A stretch of DNA of 64,000 nucleotides from Octopus bimaculoides (taxonomy: Eukaryota), in assembly GCF_001194135.2 (NCBI RefSeq), contig NC_069006.1, forward strand, positions 9,170,237-9,234,236, in the 5' to 3' direction. Of this stretch, positions 40,396-53,390 are shown piece by piece. Each line of letters opens with the position of its first letter. Position 1 is the stretch's first letter. A program made the translations under genes and the position numbers. Below the pieces are notes generated by a model. That model saw only the letters and a list, made by a program, of their open reading frames with translations, was not told where the DNA came from and searched no databases.

Positions 40396-41029
40396 AATAT
40401 TATTCTACTCTAAGCTATACATGTTTAGTCCAATTAAACTCTAATCAAGCAGATGTATGATCAAAGCCATTCCATCTGTGACCATCATGTTTTTTTTTTT
40501 TTGTGGGCTTTCAGCACAGCATCAATTCATGTTTTTTATTGAAGCTAACAGACTGTGAAATGAGAAAGATTTGGCTGCTACTTCTAGCAGATCAAGTGAC
40601 AACATAGAGGAAAGGGGTTCCTTGTTGATTCACAGCAATTGATATAGTTTCATTGTTTTACTTCAATTAATTAGTATACAATTAATTAACAATGATTTTT
40701 AATTGCATCCTTGGAGTAGTGACTACAAGAGGAACAGAGTCTGGAGTTCAATTGGAACTCAAGAATTGTTTACTTACCTATAATGTCTTAGCAGTTATCC
40801 ATCTTTTCTCCATCTCTAACACACTCACAAACACACAATGTATTGTTGTATCCTTGCAGGAAGTGCGTAGGTCAAACACAGTGGTCTCTGACCCATGCTT
40901 TGGTATTTATTTCCGTTTTTAAGTTATGAGGTCCGTAGTCATGTCATACAGTACTGTTGTTGTAATTTTATAGGTGTGTATGTAGCCTTGTGCTCCTCGT
41001 GTGTGTGTTTGTGTAATCTTTTATTCTTT

Positions 41030-41410
41030 TACATGTTTCAGCCATGCTGGAGCACTGCCAGTATATTCTTTTATTTGTTTCAGTCATTTGACTGCAGCCA
41101 TGCTGGAGCACCGCCTTTAGTCGAACAAATCGACCCCAAGACTTATTCTTTGTAAACCTAGTACTTGTTCTATCGGTCTCTTTTGGCGAACTACTAAGTT
41201 ATGGGGACATAAACACACCAACATCGGGTGTCAAGCGATGGTGGGAGGACAAACACAGTCACACAAACATATACATACACACACACATATATATATATAC
41301 AGCAGGCTTCTTTCAGTTTCCATTCACCAAATCCACTCACAAGGCTTTGGTCGGCCCAAGGCTATAGTAGAAAACACTTGCCCAAGGTGCCATGCAGTGA
41401 GACTGAACTT
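41030..41410 (-). mobile_element. SINE family A copy with duplicated 3' tip
   Basis: catgctggagcac occurs twice, followed by 3' module, linker and core. Confidence 0.75.
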
Positions 41411-43443
41411 GGTATGTATGTATGCATGTGGAGGCATATAGCTTAGGGGTTAGGATGTTGGACTCATTGATCATAAGATTATGGTTTCAATTTCTTGAAC
41501 AAAACACTTTATTTCATGTTGCTCCAGTTCACCCAGCTGGTAAAAATGAATAATTCTGTGACAGACCTGCATCCTATCTAGTAGGGTGGAATATATATGC
41601 CAGGGTAGCTGGGAAACCGGCCCAATGCCCCTTATGGAGTAATATGGACTAACCATGTATGTATGTGATATATACATTATCCTTTCAGGGTCGATAAATT
41701 AAGTACCAGTTGCATACTGGGGTCGATCTAATTGACTGGCCCCCTCCCCAAAAATTTTGGGGCTTGTGCCTAGAGTAGAAAAAGATATATACATTATCTT
41801 CTTTTACTACTTTGTAGTCATTGGATTGCAGCCATGCTGGAGCATTTTTTAACCAATTACCCCAAAATATATTTATTTACGCCGATGTTACCCGCTTGAT
41901 TTGAAAGGAAAAAAAATCATAGATTCTTTGAATTCAAAAGGTTTATTGTTGTAAAGTGGGTTTATCCCACTGGTGTTATGTGTGACTACAGTTGCTGTTT
42001 AACACTAGTAGCCACAATAGTTACTAGTTATCAGATACTGTTGTCTCTCTTCATACTGGAATAGTAATACACTAACTTCCTCTGTCTTACTATCACTGAT
42101 AGCTCCACAAGACACCAAATAGAACTGTCAACTCTCAACTTTTTGACTCTTGACCACCTCCCAACAACCGGCTACTGGTTTATTTATAATGGCTGTCCCC
42201 TACCACTGTTTACTGGGAAGGGTATACAGTTTCACTATACAACTTTTATTGAATCTATTTACATGCCCATTACATTGGACAGATGCAGTATTGCCAGAAG
42301 AAAAGGACAAGGAACAAGTTTTATATGATTTTACTTCTGTACAATGAATCCTTGTTACCCCCAAGAATTTTATTTTTACCCTGGTTCACCCCGGTGCTCC
42401 AGCATGACTGCAGTTTAATGACTGAAACAAGTAAAAGATCAAAAATATCTCAAAGATTTGAGGTTTCAATGATGTGATTGTTTATTTTTTTAGAATGACA
42501 TTGTCAGGTAGGTATGAGAAGCCAGAGATGACCATTTTAAATGCTAAAGGGTTAAGGTCACACCCAGGACTCACTCCTGTTGTACAGGTGTTTATCCCTC
42601 TAATCCAATGACATACAGATGTCTCTTTATGATGGCCTCATTTGTCATTCCATCGACTGAAAGTCCTACAGCGATAGAAGACTGACAATGTGTGCTTTCT
42701 CACAATTTCCATCTGCCAAATTCACTCACAAGGTTTTGGTCAGCATGAGTCTATAGTAAAAGACTCTTGCTCCAATGCACACCACACAGTGGGACTGAAC
42801 CCATAACCATGTTGACAGCAAGCAAGCTACTTTACCCCAACAGCCACATCTGCAGAATATTTATACACTATCACAAACATTTGTGATAGTGTATAAGCTC
42901 TTAATTTGACCAGCAGCCAATTTTTGGTAATGTTCACTGAACCGGATACTGTAAAGAAATATTGCCCAGTATCATTAATATTTCAAGATATATGTTAACT
43001 AATTTTTCTGTGAAATAATTAATGTGCGATAAACTGGTTAAATGATGAGCTGTGCAGACTCTTGAGAGTTAGGCTTTGTATTGTTAAGCACCATTCTTAT
43101 ATCCTTTTGTTCGTTTACCAATTTCGATCATTGGACTGCGGCAATGCAGCCAGTCATGTGCAACACAGTACTTGTCCAGTGTCTGGGACTATTTCATTGA
43201 TTGCTGTCAAATTGTTGAGTTTACTGGACATTAAGGAACACAACGCATACACACACACACACACACACATGTACATAAGATGGTTGATTGCTCAAATCAT
43301 TTTAATGTCAGATGAATGTCTTGCAGTGTTTGTTAGGGGTCATCATGTTGTCTGAATTCAAATCCTGAGCTCAACTTTGGCTTTCATCTTTCCAGGGTTG
43401 ATAAACTAATCTACCAGCCAAGTACTGAGTCAATTCCTCTCTA

Positions 43444-43479
<36 letters not shown>

Positions 43480-43485
43480 TCTCTC

Positions 43486-43536
<51 letters not shown>

Positions 43537-43564
43537 AATCAGTTAATCTCCAACTGGTTATTCT

Positions 43565-43975
43565 TTTCTACTCTAGGCACAAGGCCCAAAATTTTCAGGG
43601 TCGGGGCCAGTCAATTAGGTCGACTCCATACACAACTGGTACTTGATTTATCGACCCCAAAAGAATGAAAGGCAAAGTCGACCTCGATGGAATTTGAACT
43701 CAGAAGTAAAGACAGACGAAATACCACTAAGCATTTCGCCCAGCGTGCTAATGTTTCTTATTTCTTTACTGCTCACAAGGGGCTACACACAGAGGGGACG
43801 AACAAGGACAGACAAATGGATTAAGTTGATTATATCGACCCCAATGTGTAACTGGTACTTATTTAAATCGACCCTGAAAGGATGAAAGGCAAAGTCGACC
43901 TCGGCAGAATTTGAACTCAGAACATAGCTAAGCATTTTGCCTGGCGTGCTAACATTTCTGCCATCTCACCACCTT
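43565..43975 (-). mobile_element. SINE family C copies with an intervening tail variant
   Basis: Two reverse-complement units around a short gctacacacagaggggacgaac segment. Confidence 0.7.
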
Positions 43976-44457
43976 GGTTATTGTCAATCAAATGCATGCT
44001 TACTGATTTTCCAAGTGTGGATAAAAAAGACAAGGGATGAGCTAGGAGCACTATTGGCGGACAAACAACCAAGGTTAATGCAACAAGGATAATATATTCT
44101 CTTGTATATTGTCTTCGATTTCTACTTGAAACCTAAGTCTTCAGACTCTTTTTCATCAGTGCTCCATCCTTTCTATGTTCAGGTCTATATAAGCTTTTTT
44201 TACATACAGTTTCTTTTAACTTTTAGCATACGGAAGGTGAAGCATGTTGCCATATGAGTTCTCTCCCCTCTCAATGTGACACACTGTGCCTGCAGCTACA
44301 GGGGCAAAAAAATAAGGTTGACATGATTCGCTACATAAGCATAAGTACCTTATTTTACCATTCCCCTTCTGGTAGTTGAAGTTGAATCTGTGTACTGAAA
44401 GTTGGGCCAGATTTGAGAGCTGGCAATAGATTGCTTCTAATCCTCAAAGCTTTAGAG

Positions 44458-44603
44458 CAGGTATGGGCAACCTTTCTTTAGAAGCTGGCTGCATGAGACA
44501 TGGCTCATTATCAGGTGGGCTGTGCTTTTAAAAACATTCAAGGTAATTTTTCTTTAGGCATATCATTTAGAAAGTCCCGTAGATTACAGTTTGCCTATGA
44601 CAG
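44458..44603. mobile_element. hAT-Charlie-like MITE
   Basis: TIRs CAGGTATGGGCAA / TTGCCTATGACAG; flanks ctttagag and atttagat resemble the NTCTAGAN target; a related copy lies at about 7147-7290. Confidence 0.65.
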
Positions 44604-44612
44604 ATTTAGATA

Positions 44613-44828
44613 GAGTAATCCCTCACCATATCATGGTTCACCTATTGCAGTTTATTATTTAAGCTTATGTCGATTCCTCTGTTTTGTATTTATAATAAAA
44701 TAAATATATACAAATTATAAAAATGATTTAAAAAAATATACAGTACAGTATTGTTTCTACTTCGCGGATTTTCACCTATCGCAGGGTGGTTTTGGAACTA
44801 AACACCTGCAATAGACAAGGGATTACTG
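44613..44828. mobile_element. Tigger-like MITE
   Basis: TA-flanked; ends GAGTAATCCCTC / AAGGGATTACTG. Confidence 0.7.
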
Positions 44829-45857
44829 TACTTACCTTCAGTTTTTGAAAGTTCTAAGGTCTCCCACTTCTTTAGTCTTCAGTTCTCCTAGTTTCACCTT
44901 TCTTCTTAATGAATTTCATGGATGGCAGATCCTAAAACCTCCAACTTTGTTATTTCATACAACAACATCTCTTGTTCATAGTAAAAGCTGACCATGCAGT
45001 TGAAACATTAGACTTCTTCACACTTCAACACAGGAAGCTCCATTTCAGCAAAGTGGTTTAGAGAGACCACCAGACACTTTCATAGTGTTCTATCTATTTA
45101 CAAGTATTTGTTAACCTGAGTCTACAATAGGCATTTAACTCTTTAGCATTTAATCCGGCCATATACGGCCCAAATATTTTCCTGTTTTATGTTAAAACTG
45201 ACCAGATCCAACTTCTCACACCAATCTTACAATGGTGTGAGAAGTTGGATTAATTCTGAACAGGATTAATTCTGAACAATGTGAATAAGATATATATTCC
45301 ACAAAGAAACCCGAATGCTATAGGATTGAACCAAAATGATGTGCATTGTGAACTTGTTTACCATACAGCCATGCTGTATTTATTTTAGACCTGACAACCT
45401 CAATTCTGCGCCACTATAAATCCAGCTACCCTGATATCGCAGGGGTGGCATATCTGATAACTTTTCCAGTTCAATTTATTTTTCTGTACAGCTTCATCAC
45501 TTATCAATGTACACACACACACACACACACGCACGCTCATGCATATATATGCACACATATACATGCATTCACACATGTATACATCATCGTTTAATATTGG
45601 TTTGTCATATTGGATCCAGCAAGCCCCAGGTGTGTGTTGGGCCCCATCTATAGCTGGATGCCCTTCCTAATACTAACCACTTTACAGAGAGTACTGAGTG
45701 CTCTTTCAATGCAACCAGCACTTGCACACACACACACTCGTTCACACATACTCACTAGCTCCCATTCTCACACACACCATTTTCACATACGCACACACTT
45801 GTGCACCTTAGTTCATTGGGGCCACTGTTACTGTTATTAATATTATTATTATTATTG

Positions 45858-46040
45858 AGGCAGTGAGCTGGCAGAATCTTTTTGCATGTTGGATGAAATG
45901 CTTAGCTGTATTTCGCTCGTTGTTACGTTCTGAGTTCAAATTCCGCCAAAGTCGACTTTGCCTTTCATCCTTTCAGGGTCAATGTAATCAACTCATTCCC
46001 ACCTCCCCCAAGCTCTCCTTGTGGCAGACATTTGAAATAA
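45858..46040 (+). mobile_element. SINE family C copy
   Basis: Matches 40179-40395. Confidence 0.75.
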
Positions 46041-46099
46041 TAATAATTATTACTATTATCTCCCTTTCATTCATCCTCTTTTTTTTTCCAGTTATCTTG

Positions 46100-46280
46100 C
46101 CATGTTTGACCGTTAAACTCTGCACATTTTTTTCTCTTTCCATTTTTTCATTCTATCTCTATTTACTTCCTCTTACTTCTTTCTGTCGAAGAGCTTAGGC
46201 TCAAAACATAAAAGACTTCCATTTTTCCCAAACGTTAAACTAATACACCCGCTTGTTGTTCATACACCTGTCTGTCTTTT
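46100..46280 (+). mobile_element. Penelope-like tail relic with CpG-decayed hammerhead-like motif (46178-46215)
   Basis: tcttt-ctgtcga-a-gagc-ttag-gctc-aaaa-c-ata-aaaga. Confidence 0.6.
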
Positions 46281-46296
46281 TTTTTCTGTGAATATG

Positions 46297-46340
<44 letters not shown>

Positions 46341-46502
46341 NNNNNNNNNNNNNNNNNNNNNNNNNNNNNNNNNNNNNNNNNNNNNNNNNNNNNNNNNNNN
46401 NNNNNNNNNNNNNNNNNNNNNNNNNNNNNNNNNNNNNNNNNNNNNNNNNNNNNNNNNNNNNNNNNNNNNNNNNNNNNNNNNNNNNNNNNNNTATATATAC
46501 AT

Positions 46503-46559
<57 letters not shown>

Positions 46560-46880
46560 CACACACACGAGCCTGGTGTAGCCATCCGGTTGCACCAGTC
46601 CTCAGTCAAATCGTCCAACCCATGCTAACATGGAAAGCGGATGTTAAACGATGATGATGATGATGATGATATATATATATATATATATAGCAATTAGAAA
46701 ATGGAGGAGAATATGCGGTATCCATCGACTTGCAGATAGTGTATTCCGTTGAATTAATTAATTTATTTTGTAACTAAAATGACAAAAACCACAATATACA
46801 AATGCTTATGACATACCATGTTATGTTAACAATCAGGTTTACAAATATAAAGTACATTAGGAATTTGAGAGTGTACAGAA

Positions 46881-47003
46881 ACTTACAGCTGTTTCGGCCT
46901 AGCGTTGGCATGCCCCATTCTATCCGAATAGCTCCTGCGTGCCGGAGTAATTAGCAGATGAAATGCTGAAATGGGAGTACATGCATGGTTCGCTAGGCCT
47001 CAT
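46881..47003 (-). ncRNA. 5'-truncated hammerhead-like motif with 9-bp stem II and palindromic helix III
   Basis: Minus strand: AUGA-GGCCUAGCG-[86 nt]-CGCUAGGCC-GAAAC-AGCU-GUA. The CUG of the core is missing next to an RTE-tail element. Confidence 0.55.
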
Positions 47004-47009
47004 ATATAT

Positions 47010-47303
47010 AAAGCACCATCCGAACGTGGCCGATGCCAGCGCTGCATTGACTGGCTTTCGTGCCAGTGGCACGTAAAAAGCACCAACCAATCGTGGCTGC
47101 TGCCAGCCTCCTCTGACACCTGTGCCAGTGGCACGTAAAATGTACCCACTACACTCATGGTGTAGTTGGTGTTAGGAAGGGCATCCAGCTGTAGAAACAC
47201 TGTCAGATCAGACTGGAGCCTGGTGCAGCCTCCTGGCTTCCCAGACCACAGTCGAACTGTCCAACCCATGCTAGCATGGGAAACGGACGTTAAATGATGA
47301 TGA
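47010..47303 (+). mobile_element. RTE tail-type element
   Basis: Tandem gccagtggcacgtaaaa units then ccaacccatgctagcatggg...gttaaatgatgatga. Confidence 0.75.
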
Positions 47304-49223
47304 TATACATTTATGAATTTATGTTGCAAGATTCTTGATGTGAAACTGTGTGTTGAAACAGGTATTGGTGTAGTTTTGGATGGTCATGTGTGTGCATGCG
47401 CATCCATTCTCATGGACTAAGTGGAGCAGGAGCACACACGAGGACAGAGAGTGTCACTGAAGAGGTCACAGATGTGTGACAAAAAAATTTCCAAACAATG
47501 AACATGAGTTAAAATAAGAACAATAATGAAGGAATGAAGAATGAATATATAGCACATGTGTTTATTTGGCAGAAAGAAAAAAATGTCCATCCCGAAACAC
47601 AACAATATATATAACTTGCCTGAAGATCCTCTGTACTCACAGGCAAAACTGAGAATATCAAGAGACTGACTTGACCGAATATAAATATTATTAATCCTTA
47701 CTATCAGTTGATCAATCAAAGTTCTTTGCCAAGTCATACAGGCTCATAGGGCCAGTTTCCATGGCGTATACATTCCCCACCTGAATGGGACGCTGGTCTG
47801 TCACAGGATAACTCCTTTTTGCCAGCTGAGTGGACTGGAGTAACATGAAATGAAGTGTTTTACTCAATAACATAACATTCTACTTCTTTTATCAAGGCAT
47901 CATCCAGTCAGTCCGATTGCCTGGGCCAACCTGACTACCCCTCTCCATCCCTCCCGATCTCCCATTAGTGATTTTAGGTCTTCAATTTGGCATCCAACAT
48001 CTTCTCCAAGCTGTTGTATATACGTCTCCCATGGTCATTCAGCCGCTGTGGTACTATGATTTCGTGTCCACAGAAACACATTACTTACAAGTTCTTCTTT
48101 GCTTCTCCAGCAATGGCCAGCAAACCTCAGTCTCTGCTCTTGGAGGGAGCACCCAACAAAACTTTCCCCAGTTCAGAAACTGAAACCACAATCTTTCAAC
48201 CATGAGTCCCAAACCCTTAACCACTAAGCCATGTACCTCCACTAATCCTTACCACAGTATTGAGTACTTTTTTTTTTTCAAAAAGTCAACTCCAAATGGA
48301 TATCTGTATGTGTGTGTGTGTGAGATGTTTAAACCCATGTGCTGATTGAGACAATGATAATCCAAGACGTTACAGATATGACCATATAACCATTCTGTCT
48401 TTTTGAGGTTTTTTTTTTTTTGCAAACTTCTTGAAAGAGTACCTTGCTTGTTTTTCTTTTTCTTTTCTTTTTTTCTTTATAAAAACAATAGGATGTGATT
48501 TTGAAGAAAATTTAGCTGCTATGTCACACAGGATCCTGGTTGACTTGATATTTTTAGTTTGTATACACTCATACAATATCATCACCACCATCACCATCAT
48601 CCTGTATAGAAATGATGGAATTAAAAATAACTATTTCAAGCTAGTTTTTTCGTATGTGTTGTTTAGCCCTAGGTCAAGCCAAATCGAGGAGGCTTTTTGG
48701 GTTGGTCGTAGTCGTTTGCCACCAACATCCGTCATTTGTGTACGTGTAAGCATTGGACTACAATGTTTAAGGTATCATTCCGTTTTGCTTTTTTTTTTTA
48801 TAAGACGGTTAAGATAGGCTCGGGATTTAGCAGCTATTTCTAACAGATCGAATGACTGTGCAGCGTCTCCCTCCAATGCGGTTTCGCGCCCATGTGATGT
48901 GAAGCTTTTATGCTCTTTTAGATATTCACCAACACTTCATAATTTTAATGGTAAGTTGTCTCTCAAGAGCTATTTAAATATTTTCTCCCGAAATATATCA
49001 CATGTGTGTGTGTGCACGATTTTAAGAACTCGTGGGACACGTGTTCCCAGTGTGTGTGTGTGTTATACCACTATAGGTTTGCCGCAGTCGTGTATACCAG
49101 AGACAGGATGCTGGTAACTATTTATTTATTTCGGTTTCTTCTTTATTTTATCTATGACGTGTTCGAAGCCGTTGCATGAGAGGGACCCGCTTTTTACTGA
49201 CAGCTGTTTGTATTACACAGGCG

Positions 49224-49262
<39 letters not shown>

Positions 49263-49412
49263 TCACACTCACACACATATATTTAGCCTCTTTCACACGC
49301 ATACACTCTATCACATACTATCATCTCATATACAAAGATATTCTCTCATGCGCGCACACACATACATATATACGAATGCATACACTTTGTTACTCACACA
49401 CATTTCTCTCTC

Positions 49413-49452
<40 letters not shown>

Positions 49453-49729
49453 AAACACCGCGCCCTTTGTCCAACGTCCGGCTCTTTAAACAGCAACAAT
49501 GGGCAATTTCGAGCCAACAACCATGTCACAAGAGACGACAGAGCTTGTTGTCTGTTTGTTTTTCACACGCGTTTAAAAGGACAATGTTCACTTTTAGTCA
49601 ACATCATAATCGTCGCACAGATAAACAAATGGTGACGAACACACGAGGGTGGGGGTGAAAGAAGGATTACGTGGTCGTCCCACTTGCTAGTAATAGCAGC
49701 CAAATCTCCCTCAAAACTCATATCTTTTA

Positions 49730-50125
49730 TCTTTTCCTTGTTTCGGTCATTAGACTGCGGTCATGCTGGGGTACCGCCTTGATGAAGTTTTAATCGAATG
49801 AATCAACCCTAATACTTTTTTTTAAGCATGGTACTTCTTCTATCGGTCTCTGTTGCCGATCCGCCAGATTACGGAGACGTAAACACACCAACACCTGTTG
49901 TCAAACGATGGTAGGAGACAAACACAGGCATAAAGACACTCACGCGCACGCACGCACATATATTTATACACACACACACACACACACACAAGACGGGCTT
50001 CTTTCGGTTTCCGTCTACCGAATTTGCCTAAAGATTTGGTCGACCCGTGGCTATAGTAGGTACCATGCAGTGGGGACTGAACCCGGAAGCGGTTAGGAAG
50101 GAAACTTCTTACCACACAGTCACGC
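49730..50125 (-). mobile_element. SINE family A copy (CpG-retaining)
   Basis: Full reverse-complement unit with CpGs kept (cggtcattagactgcgg, ttccgtctaccg). Confidence 0.75.
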
Positions 50126-50759
50126 TTGTCTTTTTTGTTTTTTGCTCTTTTTTTGTTTCTTAAAAAAAGGAAGGACGCATTAACGGAGTTTTAGAATAGC
50201 TGCCCCCGCCCTCGAACTCTCGTACCTCATGGGGAATGAAAAAGATACAGTATGTGTAGGGAGCAAAAATATTTTTTTAAATTGAAATTTTTGGAAAATA
50301 TTTCCTCTGTATAAAACGGAGGAAGAGTTTCAAAAACTGAAGTAAAAAACTAAACCTTTTCTTTTCCATGAAGTATGGGACTTCGAAGGGCCTTTTTTTC
50401 CAAAGATTCTACCCCTTGACGTGCTCTAGGTTGGTCACGGCCTGGACTACCTTTGATTATCATATCTCTGTAGGATGATTGAGGAGCAAATGACAAATGA
50501 TGGCCCCATTTATTTGTTGAGGAGGATTTTCTATGGCTTGTTGTCCTTTCTGTTGTCAACCCTCCCTTGTTTCCTAGTAAGGTAATAGTTCCTCATCAAG
50601 GTGCCATGCAGTGGAATTGAACCCTATACCACATGACTGACAAGCAGTCTTCTTAACCACTGCCATGCTGTATGGTTATTTATATCATGCTTGTATTAAT
50701 CTTGTTATCCTACTTGATTGACTCCTTCCGAATGTGTTTTAATTAATTATAAATTGTTT

Positions 50760-50841
50760 TTGGTGGCACCTTGGGCAACTCTAGACTTGGGCCAACCAAA
50801 GCCTTGTGAGTGGATTTGGTAGATGGAAACTNNNNNNNNNN

Positions 50842-50885
<44 letters not shown>

Positions 50886-51100
50886 ATGTAAGTATGTATT
50901 TGTGTGTCTGTTTGTCCTCCCACCATTGCATGACAACCGATGTTGGTGTGTTTACGTCCCCTGTAACTTAGCAGTTCAGCAAAATCGACCGCTAGAATAA
51001 GTACCAGGCTTCCAAAGAATAAGTCCTGGGGTTGATTTGTTTGACTGAAGGTGGTACTCCAGCATGGCCACAGTCAAACGACTGAAACAAGTAAAAGGGT
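50760..51100 (+). mobile_element. SINE family A copy (10-N gap in linker)
   Basis: Core, (TA)n linker, 3' module. Confidence 0.75.
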
Positions 51101-51281
51101 AACAAAACATTCCCTTCTAAAACAGCCATAAGTATTTCCTGCTCACAGACATTGAGTTTCTCGTTGCATCAGGTAGTTAGTTAAGAGCACAGACAATATT
51201 ATATACTTTTGTGGGGACCTGAAAGTTACTCATGAGAACTTGTGTAGAATAACACGCATGCAATTAACTGAAAAGCTAGTG

Positions 51282-51777
51282 CAGCGTTTCTCAACTGGGG
51301 TTCCCTGGAACCCTAAGGTTCCACAAAGCATTTCTAGGGTTTCCGTGAGAAAGAATGAGATAGCTAATACTAATTTCATGATCGTAATATTACTATACAT
51401 GCACCTATTATGTTATCAAAAATATATAACAACCATATATGTATATGCTTGAAGTAAGGAGTAGATAGACAGCCGACAACTAATGAAGGGTCGTTCTATG
51501 TGTTACTTGTCTTGTTTTCAATTCTTTTTCTCTTGTTGTTTGCGTACTCACTTGTTTTCATACTTCATGTTGTTGTTTACAGTTGGTGACATCACCGTTG
51601 ACTGAACACTATTCAATTTTTTTTCTCCGTGTTTTTCTCCTTGTCTCCGTATTCTTTCTGTTGAAGAGCGTAGCTCGAAACGTCAAAGACTTTCCGTATT
51701 CCCGAGCGTCATACTAATATATACTTTTGTTATTTACACCACCTGTCCTCGTCTGTTGTTATTATTTGTATATTCTC

Positions 51778-51830
<53 letters not shown>

Positions 51831-51973
51831 TATATATGATATTTACCGCGTGAACCACATTGAAAAAAATATGGGTGAAAGATATGGTGTATAATTTTTT
51901 TTGTGCATGGGTTCCTTGAGACATGTAATTTATTTTAAGGGTTACGCAAGTGTAAAACGGTTGAGAAACACTG
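51282..51973. mobile_element. hAT-Charlie-like element carrying nested Penelope-like tails
   Basis: TIRs CAGCGTTTCTCAAC / GTTGAGAAACACTG. Confidence 0.75.
51653..51689 (+). ncRNA. Minimal type I hammerhead-like motif in a Penelope-like tail
   Basis: UCUUU-CUGUUGA-A-GAGC(GUA)GCUC-GAAA-C-GUC-AAAGA: stem I 5 bp, stem II 4 bp, GUC triplet. Core deviates from CUGANGA at A6 and helix III has no loop. Confidence 0.5.
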
Positions 51974-52821
51974 CATTAGGTAGTTAGTTAACAGCACAGA
52001 CAACATCATAAACCTTTGTGGAGACCTGAAAGCTACCCGTGAGCAGAACTTGGGTCGAATAACCTGCATGCAGTTAACTGAGAATCTAGTGAATAGGAGA
52101 ACACCACTAGTAAACTCTCTGGTGGTTTCTCATTGCCTTCTCATAGCATTGTTACCAACAAAACACTTGTCAATTGACTGGTTCTCTGCTACTTAACAGC
52201 AATCAACTCCACTCTCTGGCAATAATAGCTTTTCATATTAGGTGCAGCAACAGCTGTGTAGTTAAGAAGCTTGCTTCTCAGCCATGTGGTCTTGGGTTCA
52301 GTCCCACAGTATGACACCTTGGGCAAATGTCTTCTGTTACAGCCCCTGGCCGACCAAACCCTTGTGAGTGAATATGGTAAACAGAAACTGAAAGAAACTC
52401 GTATCTGTTATTTATGGCCATGTAACAACACACGTGTTATTCTCAGGGTTATCTACTCCTTCATCCTTTCCCTCTTCTCTGGACTTCTTCCTTTTTTCAA
52501 TGAAGAGCCGCGCTTGAAATGCCATTTCCACTCCTATTTTTCCATCTAAAACTTTCACTGAGTGTCAATCTATTATATTCACTGTCTACATCTAATTGAC
52601 TTTTCCTGTTTTTTTTGTTGTTGTTCTTGGATTTGCCTATGCATATATCTCTCTCTCTCTCTCTCTCNNNNNNNNNNNNNNNNNNNNNNNNNNNNNNNNN
52701 NNNNNNNNNNNNNNNNNNNNNNNNNNNNNNNNNNNNNNNNNNNNNNNNNNNNNNNNNNNNNNNNNNNNNNNNNNNNNNNNNNNNNNNNNNNNNNNNNNNN
52801 NNNNNNNNNNNNNNNNNNNNN

Positions 52822-52858
<37 letters not shown>

Positions 52859-52874
52859 TCCCTCTCTCTCTCTC

Positions 52875-53390
52875 TGTATGTGCAAGAGAAGAAACTGCAC
52901 TGGTATGGCCATGTAATATGTATGAGTGAGGACAGTTGCATCAAGAGGTGCTGATCTCTAATTGTGGAGGAAACATATGGAAGGGGTTGACCCAGGGAGA
53001 CGTGTGAGAAAGGATCTACAAACGTTGGGACTCACAAAGGGGATGACAGGAGATTGAGACTCTTGGTGGTTTGCTGGGTTTGAAAAGTCATGTCAAGCTT
53101 AGTAAAAGCATGGTTGCCCTTGCATACAGGTTCATCCCCTGCAACCCTCTCCAGCTGAGCACCCCTAATCTTGTGGGCTCATAACTGCTGGTGCCACATA
53201 AAAAGAACCCATGCCCGTGCTGCGTAAAAGTTCCCAGTACACTCTGTAAAGTGGTTGGCATTAGGAAGGGCATCTAGCCATAGAAACCATGCTCAAACAG
53301 ACATGGAGCCTGAACAGCCCTTAAGCTGGCCAGCTCCTGTCAAACCGTCCAACCCATGCCAGCTTGAAAAATGGATGTTAAATGATGATG
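52875..53390 (+). mobile_element. RTE-clade LINE 3' fragment with tail
   Basis: VQEKKLHWYGHVICMSEDSCIKRC*SLIVEETYGRG*PRET followed by the ccaacccatgccagc...gttaaatgatgatg tail. Confidence 0.8.

Noticed and set aside
44228-44320. Good plus-strand acceptor with an open phase-0 frame (HTEGEACCHMSSLP...)
   Set aside because: Only a weak donor (AAG|gttgac), no rootletin similarity, and no exon is expected between the conserved junction halves.
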